From a virus (lineage: Duplodnaviria; Heunggongvirae; Uroviricota; Caudoviricetes), in the IMG/VR virus record IMGVR_UViG_2663762946_000001: DNA of 45,977 bases, one strand, 5' to 3'. The first letter of the stretch is position 1, and the number at the start of each line of letters is the position of its first letter. The notes beneath the pieces were generated by a model. The model was not told where the DNA came from. It saw only the letters and a program-made list of their open reading frames with translations, and searched no databases. A program made the translations under genes and the position numbers. This document shows positions 38,601 to 45,977 of the stretch, piece by piece.

Positions 38601-40938
38601 AGAAACAACAAATACTACTAATCTAACAAATGCAGTGACGAGTTTAACAACACTTCTGTCAAATAATGCAAGTATATTTAGTAGGGCTTTAGAAGAAGTG
38701 GGAGATACAGATTATGCTCTTAAAGCAAAATTATCTAGTCAATCGTTAGGTGATCAGGTTTCAAGTATTATGCAATTGACGGCAGAATTCAATAAACTGA
38801 GTACTATGTCTTTTCTATCTACTGATAATGCTTCTAGCATACAGAGCAGTTTGGAAAGTATAAAGTCTTCAATCTTGAGTGACGCAGATGCCATTATTAC
38901 TCTGAAAAAGAGTATAGATGATGCAGAAATAAGTCAGATAGCTACAGATTTAACGAATTTTACGGATTCTTTAAACACAAGTATTGATAGATTAAAAACT
39001 AATGTTACTGATTTACAAGATGGTTTGCTTAGTGGTCAATCATTTAGTGATTTGGGTAGTAGTTCATTAGATGTTATTAATTTTACACAAGCTACTGGAA
39101 TAAGTTCTGAGATTCAACAAAGATTAAATCTTGAAACGGAACTAGATACAGCACTTGATGCTTTTGCTAAGAAGAATGTCACAAGAACTGCTAATGCTTC
39201 TAATGCTGAATTACAAATAGAGCAGAACAAATATAGCCAATTATTAAATTTGGCACAAAGTTATTCTAAAGGGTCGGTAGGCTCTATATCATTAAGCTCA
39301 AATGTTGACTCTTCGCTTGATTTAGGGACGGTTGCTACAAGCACTAATCAGCAACTTGAAAAGGATTTTGCGACAATTTCACAAAAATTTGCTGATAAAT
39401 TAATGGAATTAAAGGAAAACTATACGAATTCCATGAGCAAAGCAAGTAATCAAAATGATAAAGATTTAGCGACACAAAAATTCATAGTAGATCAACTGGA
39501 ATTACAAGAAGAAATTTATGAAGAAATGATTGATTCTGATAAACAGTCTATTACTGCTTTAAAGGAAAAATTGGCATTAGGTGATTTAACAACAGATCAA
39601 ATTACAACTATTAAGACCGATATTAGTAATTATGAATCTGCTATAATTACAGCTCAAACTAATATAAAGACGGCAATTAAAGAACGTTTTGACTATGAAA
39701 ATACTCTTATTCAAAATCAAATGACTAAGTATCAGACTGCAACAGACACAATTGCCAATATGGTATCTCTAGCAAAAACATTAGGACTAAGTACTGATAC
39801 ACAAGGTGCTTTAATGACACAAGAATATTCTTCGATGTTTGGGCAATATACAAATTACCTAACTCAATTAAGTAATTTAAGAAAAGAACAAGCACAGTAT
39901 GACAATGGGTCTTATGAATACAACACAATACAGACAGAAATAGATACTTTGCTGACAGGACTACAATCAACAGTTTCCTCACTGGTTGAGCTAAATAAGA
40001 CACAGTTATCAAACTCTTTAAGTGGGATAAAAGAAGAGATAGAGAAATCCTTATACAATGGACAGACAGCTAATCAATATACGCTTGAAAAAGATGTTTA
40101 TTACACAGGTGTCGATAAAGAATTAGAACTTGAATCTTTAAGATTAAAGGCTAATCAATTAGAGAATAATGTCGTTGAAAAAAGGTTAGAAGCATTAGAC
40201 TCTCAAGAAAAAATGTCTAAAATTGAAGCGGATTATGTGGATAAACAGATAGACTTATATGCAGCGCAAGAGAAGTTAAACAATGTCACTAATAAGAAAG
40301 ATGTTCAAGTACTAAAGTCTGATGATAAAGGAAACTTCAATTGGGAGTATGTTGCTAATCAGACAGATGTTAATTCGGCTCAAACAGAAGTAAATACAGC
40401 TGAAAAGGCCGTTCAGGAATATAAGAATCAACAAAAAAGTGATTATTTAAGTAAAGTCAGCGATGTTATAAGTGGGATTGAAGATGGGACAATTGATCAA
40501 GATGATGCTAAGAATAGATTGTCAGAAATCAATGGCGCTTATGAGAAATTATTAGGTGACACAGAGACATTTGATCCTACCAAGCTGGATGACATAATGA
40601 CTGAATATAATGCCTATGTTGCAAAAAATGGGACTATATTAAGTGATTACAGTAATAGTTCAGATATAGCAAATAACTCTAGTTACCAGGCACTATTAAC
40701 TGGATTTAGTAAGGAGTTCAAAGATATCTCTAAGGATTTAGCGGATATATTTGGGAAAGAACTTAGAAACATTCTTGATTTGCCAACAATTACACCTGCA
40801 ACAACTGATAATAGTAGTAAATCAGTGATAATCCAAAATCAAACACTTGAACTACCAAATGTTACTGATGCTGAAAGCTTTGCTGAGGCATTAAAAACAT
40901 TGCCTGAAGTAGTTAAACAAGTCGCCACAAGTAAATAA
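32689..40938 (+). CDS. Tail tape measure protein
   Basis: 2749 aa, coiled-coil; TP901-type core (ELVKRGY, MEYVGDSA, SGTGLR, LFGTTG); central hydrophobic segments. Confidence 0.92.
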   Translation: MANQLGIRVKVNLPSKSQLEKEFRSKWSDFKADFTAKVNVEADKNSIKKMGRQIRDILDGTHVAIKPKMDVSQASKQLLELTKNFRKAREEMEKSINMKINNDTTKSDVTGDVASKFTEQSRTILKAGEKVEKDIATSTAREAKAIEGSLNKLVRVQKQTALGTSNKVTKSENLNDFVTRTTTLSNKGTGTTTTKIVEDQKRALAQLKATMTEIASLETKVAGSSDKGKISAWTTRIDELKSELKSLSTTYNQTFNKMNGGNNSAFTNMEKSVQSVKRMNVSLAETARKAKEAGNTFKELKNIENSKLTLNTRSLGATQKENIIIQKQLQLLEQRKQRIQQTNSAEKILSATQKSELATLQNENRLKLLYSKAQVAGNKQNVVSSVGNSFGNTGRNIGNIANNATTATLAMGGFAAALLDGAKKASTLQNNYKVISNLLITGGENASEVTKNVSRMQKDGAKYAIAYGKSQKDISEQYEELVKRGYTSSSALAAMKTELQGSVATGDAFSDVVRVSSQTLDAFNMRTSNTAKMTANTKKVVNELAYASDMSASSFQSTGKAMEYVGDSANNSGISLAEASAAIGELSNHGLEAEKSGTGLRKVIVSLGKDIANIGTKSDVLTPLGIKKADLVDAKGNMKSLAEMMSVVNEKTKNMGTAEKGVVFNKLFGTTGQQAGIILAQYNSQFAELAKKVEEAGSKGTYVETLAKKNSSTAQQSIARFKQAWSELEIMFGAKMLPVMSKAANDMTKAFGNKEFVASLQKDAEKLEEFAKGLYKVGTYAVENGAAIQTFGKLLAGIWAVNQIRKFARATQDYFALVGMGKGKLSAVTSEVLTQSKAYERLAASEDMANTAGGFGTGSKGKKSKTTSREVNVNGAITELESDTTLTRRAKLANTMKTTGSAIGAGADVAITKFGKLYSVVKLVGTGLLSLVPVVGTVFAAFQIMDALGIKPWEIFKQKIDATKDAVQELNKELDNELAKIKLTYSESQKSLKNNSLFNGNLAVDKSTASGLSTNLDQETNGGQNQLSDSSFKSLQESYDSIAKKNHLKLRITLNNYDSIKEQLDSLNASLDEIARKNAKKGSKSVNKEVKGAEKLTNDNTLDKLYGTSSEYTKKKNEILDVINSIKVAESTGGTSYNAGEKRIAGYKKQLEALKESYRSGENSAEVWSTKAGKAIEKQWDTQTKSIRKHINELGQATSSGVFTEQDYASMDKNTRNNAKVAQGTNLTQLGQQGNMIDSINRKLAQGGELNQKELTYLSKQNSSLANKSTNTANWSNAEKQAAQEVVNGYETAYQKEKSTQEARMTDILAASGKSQKSIQETIAAYEQGGASYIKLMAKQGTLGKSMLNLSAEFSQQYGKNWSSAYSKIQNEVDKVPKTAMTEYSFVDKTTGLVDTHVIAKLNEIPEKKGTKYGLTYDDNGHVKIPEIITALNQIPEIKGTKYDVNGTVDAQGLIKDLTTDINKVPPVIALKFLAQTTGFSTAFKDVVKHMDETQGKTATAKFLADNSYFGISADEVLKYLNTIDNKTATAKVSAKVDDFNTKIGGVSKGIDNINTKNKPVKVKADIKDAEGKVSAAQTKLDKLKGKTAKIKGDHKDLDAKVSSAQKKLNNMKGKLLAIKTKIDPKSVKGVDNLKSSLDKIKGKNPKVNVKVGRTTDLKTVSNTLSKIKGKAPRVTPSVNKKGQSDVDKINHSLNKSKSKFPKVKATTDGIKDVDKMNKALSKATDKSPKVTATVDKSGKKQVESLVSELSKLQDKSISINVNKTTTTKNKKSDSVAIASQDVTTINPAKSMSAAIGDNNNIASLASKGVGSTDYSDSTETPSTVSEDVWRYWGNELYTGDSLTSKVTQLENAVTQAADDMDKLIDLSKQRINLDNQQIAYQNTMKNAYQNQMDSLLSQLRGYGFNTNGNTITNLDHAKSFSGDNADKVSTLLDSYKTVFENLNEVSNTISSLNLDKWQQEKNITDYNTTKETTNTTNLTNAVTSLTTLLSNNASIFSRALEEVGDTDYALKAKLSSQSLGDQVSSIMQLTAEFNKLSTMSFLSTDNASSIQSSLESIKSSILSDADAIITLKKSIDDAEISQIATDLTNFTDSLNTSIDRLKTNVTDLQDGLLSGQSFSDLGSSSLDVINFTQATGISSEIQQRLNLETELDTALDAFAKKNVTRTANASNAELQIEQNKYSQLLNLAQSYSKGSVGSISLSSNVDSSLDLGTVATSTNQQLEKDFATISQKFADKLMELKENYTNSMSKASNQNDKDLATQKFIVDQLELQEEIYEEMIDSDKQSITALKEKLALGDLTTDQITTIKTDISNYESAIITAQTNIKTAIKERFDYENTLIQNQMTKYQTATDTIANMVSLAKTLGLSTDTQGALMTQEYSSMFGQYTNYLTQLSNLRKEQAQYDNGSYEYNTIQTEIDTLLTGLQSTVSSLVELNKTQLSNSLSGIKEEIEKSLYNGQTANQYTLEKDVYYTGVDKELELESLRLKANQLENNVVEKRLEALDSQEKMSKIEADYVDKQIDLYAAQEKLNNVTNKKDVQVLKSDDKGNFNWEYVANQTDVNSAQTEVNTAEKAVQEYKNQQKSDYLSKVSDVISGIEDGTIDQDDAKNRLSEINGAYEKLLGDTETFDPTKLDDIMTEYNAYVAKNGTILSDYSNSSDIANNSSYQALLTGFSKEFKDISKDLADIFGKELRNILDLPTITPATTDNSSKSVIIQNQTLELPNVTDAESFAEALKTLPEVVKQVATSK

Positions 40939-40999
40939 AAACCAATCAGAAATGATTTGGTATACATAAATACAAAAGCATTAAGAAGGGAATGAGTAA

Positions 41000-42079
41000 A
41001 TGGTACAACCAGTTTTAAATATAACTAATAATTTCGATGCTACTGAAGAGAGAACATTTACATTTATTTACCTAGGAGCAGAAAAGTCTTCATCAAATCT
41101 CCTCTCTATTAGAGAAAACTCTGCAAATAGTACAGCAGTCTATGAAGAGGAAATGATATCTGCCGATAAAAAACATATTTTGCCGGCCAGTACATTGGTA
41201 AATGGAAAATCATATCTAGCAAAAATAAAAGTTAAAACTAGTAATGGTTGGACTGATTGGTCAACAGAAATAAATTTTTTGTGTTTAAACAAACCAGTAA
41301 TTAATTTTGACACAATTGATTCTAAGAACTTTGTGTACACTGATGAGGTTCTAATGAGCGCCTTATATTATCAAGCACAAGGGGATACAGTAAATAATTA
41401 TCAATTCACTCTTTACGATCAGAATCACATAACTATACAAACATATCCAGTTAGAGTGCCTGCTACATCTGCAACAACTAGATTAAGTGAAGAAGTAACA
41501 GGTCTTATCAAAGGGAAGCTATATTATATTTCAATAACCGTAAATACTAGTCATGATATTGAATACACAACGGAAAAGCAGTTTATTCCACAATATATAG
41601 TTCCTACCATATCGGGAATAATTCAGCCTTTAGCTCTTAATGATGAAGGACAAATAATTATTGAATCTTTTTTAAAGCAGATATTAGCAACTCCTGTTAA
41701 GCCATTCATACCTAACAGAGCAACTGATAGCGATACCTATTATAGCTACTATAAAGATGACTATATTATTATCCCAAATGATAATCCACTTATGTTTACT
41801 AAATTAGGAATGGCAAAAGCTTCGGATTTTATAGTTAAAGTTTGGTGTATGAATGTTTTAAATGGGACGATGCTAGACTTTGCTCCCGAACTTGGAAATG
41901 GAATTCACATTAGATTCGTAAAACACGATGACTATATTACATGTGAAAAAAATTTTGGTTCTTTAAAATCAAGAACTAAGTCGAATATTGTCAAGGGTTT
42001 AGGGTTAAAAGAATTTTATTTATATATTAAAGTGAAGGAATTTAGAATACAAATGGAAATAGTTCCAATTACAGAATAG
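41000..42079 (+). CDS. Baseplate/distal tail protein with Fn3/Ig-like segments
   Basis: Directly after tape measure; LVNGKSYLAKIKV..WTDWS and GLIKGKLYYISITV. Confidence 0.6.
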   Translation: MVQPVLNITNNFDATEERTFTFIYLGAEKSSSNLLSIRENSANSTAVYEEEMISADKKHILPASTLVNGKSYLAKIKVKTSNGWTDWSTEINFLCLNKPVINFDTIDSKNFVYTDEVLMSALYYQAQGDTVNNYQFTLYDQNHITIQTYPVRVPATSATTRLSEEVTGLIKGKLYYISITVNTSHDIEYTTEKQFIPQYIVPTISGIIQPLALNDEGQIIIESFLKQILATPVKPFIPNRATDSDTYYSYYKDDYIIIPNDNPLMFTKLGMAKASDFIVKVWCMNVLNGTMLDFAPELGNGIHIRFVKHDDYITCEKNFGSLKSRTKSNIVKGLGLKEFYLYIKVKEFRIQMEIVPITE

Positions 42080-42089
42080 GAGGTTTTAC

Positions 42090-43097
42090 ATGATAATAGG
42101 TTATGATTTTTTTGGCAATAAATTTGATGGCAATCTTTACGATACACCAATAGCAACAGTTGGTATTGATGAAGTTACGATGGGAGCTGGCATGTATGAT
42201 GAATTATTCGTTTCAGTTGATGGGACAATTGACGATACAAATGCAAAACCAAGTAATTGGGAAATTAAAACTATTATGGACGCAACATTCAACAATACAA
42301 TAGAAGCAGGCACAATAGATGGATCGGGACATAGGGTTACAAATATTAACTTATATAGAAGAGAGATAAAGTCAAATCAGGATTGGCAGTTAGTGGCGAC
42401 TTTCCCTTATGACGAAGATTACAATGTTTACACGGTGGTGGATAGATTTGTCGAGAGTGGTAAGACTTATCAATATTGTATAGTTCCATTAGCAGAGAAT
42501 ACTAGAGGTGATATAACCAAAAGTCAACCTGTATCTATAACTTATGATGGGACTTTCATATCTGATCTAAATAATAATTTTGCATTAGACTTAGATTTTG
42601 AATTAGCAGAAATGAATTACAATAAGAATTCAAATGTAGCAACACCATTAAATAGTGCATATCCTATTGTTAGCTTTGGTAATCAAAATTATAGAAGTAG
42701 TAATGTTAAATTTCTTCCATTAACATCTGAGCAATTAAATGGTAGTGCTAAGAGTATCGATGCGAGAGCTGAGAGATTAAATAGGAAAGCTGTGATACAG
42801 TTCTTAAACAATGGTCAAGCCAAGGTTATTAGAAGAGAAGATGGAGACATGATTTTATGTGTGACACTTGGAGTAAAATCAACCCCAAAATCTACCTCCC
42901 TGGATACATTAGCAGATGTGAGTTTCGATTTTACAGAAATAGGTGCTTTGGATTATAACTCGATGGACAAAGCAGGATTAATTGCATCAGCTGGAAAGTC
43001 TATATATACGTATGATGAATTTGGCGATGTTTATTGGAATAATGAACCAATTAATGAAGATGCGAGAAGAGAGTATCGTAATTCTTTTGCGGAATAG
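42090..43097 (+). CDS. Distal tail/baseplate protein
   Basis: AGGAGG RBS; LYRRE..W....DRFVESGKTYQYCIVP; FLNNGQAKVIRR; VSFDFTEIG. Confidence 0.6.
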   Translation: MIIGYDFFGNKFDGNLYDTPIATVGIDEVTMGAGMYDELFVSVDGTIDDTNAKPSNWEIKTIMDATFNNTIEAGTIDGSGHRVTNINLYRREIKSNQDWQLVATFPYDEDYNVYTVVDRFVESGKTYQYCIVPLAENTRGDITKSQPVSITYDGTFISDLNNNFALDLDFELAEMNYNKNSNVATPLNSAYPIVSFGNQNYRSSNVKFLPLTSEQLNGSAKSIDARAERLNRKAVIQFLNNGQAKVIRREDGDMILCVTLGVKSTPKSTSLDTLADVSFDFTEIGALDYNSMDKAGLIASAGKSIYTYDEFGDVYWNNEPINEDARREYRNSFAE

Positions 43098-43106
43098 AGG
43101 TGGATT

Positions 43107-45200
43107 ATAACGAATACTATTACGAAAAACCAAATAAACTATATTGTTCCTAATATTATAGACGATTTGTATTCCAGCATTGGTACGCAAGCTCAATCTG
43201 TACACACTCAGCCTATAAGAAATGTTAGTACAACAATACAAGTAATTGATACAGATGGTTCTATTATAGATACAATTGCAGGTAAGACAACTGGAGGTAG
43301 CCTTAGTGTAACGGCAGATTCACTTACGAGAAGAACTGGTACATTGACAATGGTGGTTGATCCTGACTATATACCTAAAGACGGGGGTGTAGTTTGGTTT
43401 GGGAAACAGTTCAAACTGTATCAAGGTATACAGGATTTAACCACTAGCGGGCATCCAGTAGTAAACTTCTTGTTAGGTACTTTCTTAGTTGATGAGGAAA
43501 CGTTAGCCATATCAGCAAGTGACAGTTCAATCTCAATAAAACTATCGGATAAAATGACACAATATGATGAAAAGACATTGGAAAATGAATTAATAATTCC
43601 AAAAGGGACATTAATTAGTGTTGCTATAAGAAAGGTTATGGAACTTGTAGGAGAAACCACCTTTGGATATATTTATGAGAGTTCATCAGATGAAATATTA
43701 ACCTATGATTACACAAAAGAGGTAGGAAGTAATGTTACCGATATTATTAAAGATCTCAGAGATATGTATATGGATTATCAATGCGGATATAACATTAAAG
43801 GTGAATTTGAATTTAGAAAGTTAGAAATACAAAAAAGTGTCGATACAATAGAACCTAAATGGATTTTTGACTCTACTAATCAAGACAGGGCAGACTTAAC
43901 ATTGTCATTTAGCGAGACCTATAATCTCAAGAATGTAAGGAATAGAGTTGTAGTTTACGGTGCAACTAATACAAGCACAGGTTTAACCCCTCAAGGTGTT
44001 GTGAGAATTACAGATAGTAAAAATCCATTCAATGTAGATGCTATTGGCACAAAAACTACAATTATAGTTGATACTAAATTATCTAATGATATTCAATGTG
44101 TCGCAGAAGCAAAATATAATGTTTGGAAAACGGCTCACTTCCAAGAGTCTTGTACGATTTCCTGTATTCCTATGTATATATTTGAACCTAATGATTTGGT
44201 CGAAATCGTTAATCCAGAAACAGGTAATAAGTATAGGTATATGATTGATAGTTTTTCACTTGATCTGGCTATTGGTGGGGATATGAGTATAACGACACAT
44301 AAAATGTATTATGTTGGTCTTGAATATGGAGATGAAGAAATTCCAATTGTTAATGCTATTAAAAAAGGTATTAATCAGTTGGGGTGGTTAAGTTTAGGTG
44401 AGCAAAGAATCAAAGATTGCTACGGTATTAGTGGAGCAGGCGAGAATACAATTGTTGTTAGATTTACCAGTATCAGCAAAGGCGGAGAGCAAGCAGCTGT
44501 TACTGGCTATACTACAACAAAAACTCAAACTATGGAATTTGATTTAATGGATTATCAAAATTTGAATCTTTCTAGCGAAGATGGAGATGCTGGTAGATCT
44601 AAAGGCGATTATTTAGATAGAATATTGGCGCATGAAATGTTTCATGCAGTTTCTAATGATTATTATGGTGTTTCTAATACGCTAGATATGCCAGTATGGT
44701 TTAAAGAAGGATTTGCAGAATTGATTCATGGTGGTAAAGATAGATATCAATCAATAACTGGTTTTAAAACAGATGCAGAGAAAAAAACCTACTTTATTAA
44801 TAAAGCAAAGGCATTATTAAATAACACTTGGGAAAGTACATCCGAAGACTATGTTGCTGCTTATTTAATTGCTTCAGCTCTTTATTACTTATGTGGTAGT
44901 ATTAATGCTTTTAAGCAAATGTTTACTAGAATTAAAAACGAGAATAATCTCAATTTGAACTTCTTGACTAAGTTATTACCATTAAAATCTACTAATGATG
45001 AAATGATAGAAGAAATTATAGATGAAATGAATAATATGAGTTTATGGAACGCTTTAAACGACTCAAACGACACAGATACTGGTTCAATAGGTGGGTCACA
45101 TTTTATGAATATTTACAATAAAGGGCTTGATGCAAGTAGTGTATTTGATGATGCGAGTGCATCAACTGTCTCAAGTGGGTTTAAGGTTATCTATGATTAA
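43107..45200 (+). CDS. Baseplate hub-like protein fused to a C-terminal gluzincin (flagellinolysin-like) metallopeptidase
   Basis: N-part GSLSVTADSLTRRTGTL, LGTF, VRNRVVVYG hub-like; C-part DRILAHEMFHAV...PVWFKEGFAELIHG; start 43107 (ATA) or 43167 (TTG). Confidence 0.8.
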   Translation: MTNTITKNQINYIVPNIIDDLYSSIGTQAQSVHTQPIRNVSTTIQVIDTDGSIIDTIAGKTTGGSLSVTADSLTRRTGTLTMVVDPDYIPKDGGVVWFGKQFKLYQGIQDLTTSGHPVVNFLLGTFLVDEETLAISASDSSISIKLSDKMTQYDEKTLENELIIPKGTLISVAIRKVMELVGETTFGYIYESSSDEILTYDYTKEVGSNVTDIIKDLRDMYMDYQCGYNIKGEFEFRKLEIQKSVDTIEPKWIFDSTNQDRADLTLSFSETYNLKNVRNRVVVYGATNTSTGLTPQGVVRITDSKNPFNVDAIGTKTTIIVDTKLSNDIQCVAEAKYNVWKTAHFQESCTISCIPMYIFEPNDLVEIVNPETGNKYRYMIDSFSLDLAIGGDMSITTHKMYYVGLEYGDEEIPIVNAIKKGINQLGWLSLGEQRIKDCYGISGAGENTIVVRFTSISKGGEQAAVTGYTTTKTQTMEFDLMDYQNLNLSSEDGDAGRSKGDYLDRILAHEMFHAVSNDYYGVSNTLDMPVWFKEGFAELIHGGKDRYQSITGFKTDAEKKTYFINKAKALLNNTWESTSEDYVAAYLIASALYYLCGSINAFKQMFTRIKNENNLNLNFLTKLLPLKSTNDEMIEEIIDEMNNMSLWNALNDSNDTDTGSIGGSHFMNIYNKGLDASSVFDDASASTVSSGFKVIYD

Positions 45201-45225
45201 CTGTTTTTCAAAAGTCAACCAAAAA

Positions 45226-45254
45226 TTTACAGAAAAAATAAAAAATGATATAAT
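45226..45254 (+). promoter_or_regulatory. sigmaA-type promoter
   Basis: TTTACA-17 bp-TATAAT with TG extension. Confidence 0.6.
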
Positions 45255-45282
45255 TATAAAAGAATAGGAGTTGATTAATTAT

Positions 45283-45977
45283 ATGTCAAGATCAAGTTTT
45301 CCAGGTAGTATTGATAGCTTTAAAGAGCTATTTGATTTACCTGCTAATCTAATACAAGATGCTAATGAATACACAAGTTTAAAAGCATTATCTGTTTTAG
45401 ATAATAATCAGCAAAATAGACTAAATGCTTTGGCCGCGGAGTTACAAGATTACATTCTCACACCTGAAACCATGAACAAAGTAACAGATTCAATGGTTGC
45501 TTTAGAGACATTCTTTGCTAATAATGTTGATGGCTATATAGCAAACAAGCAAAAATTATGGGACACTTATGTAAATAATTTTAATTATCAAGGGGTATGG
45601 GATTCAACAAAGAAATATGGCAAACAGAATCTAGTTTCTTATAATGGTGATTTATATTTAGTAATAGATGACACGGTGGCAAGCAAAACAGCTACACCCG
45701 ATGTAACAACTACAAGTTATCGTAAGATAGCTTGGAAGGGTGATAAAGGCGATATCGGTTTAAGCTCTTATTATAAAGGAGTGTGGAATGGTGGTACAGC
45801 ATATTCAATTGGTGATGCTGTTTCAATTAAATTAGGCGATAGCTGGAATCCTGTAGACATGGTGTTTATATGTAAGGTCGCTAATACTAATCAAAAACCA
45901 GACTTGGCAACTACGAGTGATTATTGGTATCCATATAATCCTTTAATGGTTGGCAAAACTATTCCGCAAAATCTAAG
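45283..45977 (+). CDS. Tail/baseplate-associated protein, truncated by the window end (absent from the ORF track)
   Basis: AGGAG RBS; MSRSSFPGSIDSF...; repeats YQGVWDSTKKY..NLVSY and YKGVWNGGTAY..GDAVS; KGDKGD. Confidence 0.8.
   Translation, partial: MSRSSFPGSIDSFKELFDLPANLIQDANEYTSLKALSVLDNNQQNRLNALAAELQDYILTPETMNKVTDSMVALETFFANNVDGYIANKQKLWDTYVNNFNYQGVWDSTKKYGKQNLVSYNGDLYLVIDDTVASKTATPDVTTTSYRKIAWKGDKGDIGLSSYYKGVWNGGTAYSIGDAVSIKLGDSWNPVDMVFICKVANTNQKPDLATTSDYWYPYNPLMVGKTIPQNL

Larger units (their letters stand above)
1..45977. mobile_element. Part of a large SPbeta/c-st-like siphophage genome carrying plasmid replication and partition genes (probable phage-plasmid)
   Basis: Head-tail gene order HU-terminase-portal-protease-capsid-tail tube-recombinase-tape measure-baseplate sits next to parA and repA_N; no host housekeeping context and no att boundary visible. 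Confidence 0.85.

Noticed and set aside
3874..45073. Short antisense or off-frame ORFs in the track (e.g. 10538-10906, 16009-16449, 17424-17801, 26409-26630, 32904-33236)
   Set aside because: They shadow well-supported genes and lack RBSs and recognisable motifs

Overview
AT-rich, host-gene-free segment of a large temperate tailed phage of a low-GC Firmicute (tail-fibre modules resemble those of lactic-acid-bacterium phages), most likely a phage-plasmid. Layout: (i) 1-3030, a non-coding block with four tandem leftward sigmaA-type promoters, a boxA-like element and a sharp switch in strand composition; (ii) 3032-10487, a maintenance module: ParA plus a small partner with 12-bp-periodic centromere-like repeats, a RepA_N initiator preceded by a probable antisense RNA, a PcrA/UvrD helicase, a second HTH initiator-like gene followed by 3 x 43-bp repeats, and a sigma-region-4-like regulator; (iii) 10644 to the end, a long + strand SPbeta/c-st-like virion operon (HU, terminase, portal, protease/scaffold, capsid, head-tail proteins, Fn3-bearing tail tube, 2111-aa modular fibre, XhlA-like protein, tyrosine recombinase, 2749-aa tape measure, baseplate genes). 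The most striking observation is a baseplate-position protein ending in a HExxH gluzincin metallopeptidase whose motifs match my recollection of flagellinolysin, the protease domain of proteolytic flagellins. All assignments come from reading motifs and synteny by eye; no searches were run.
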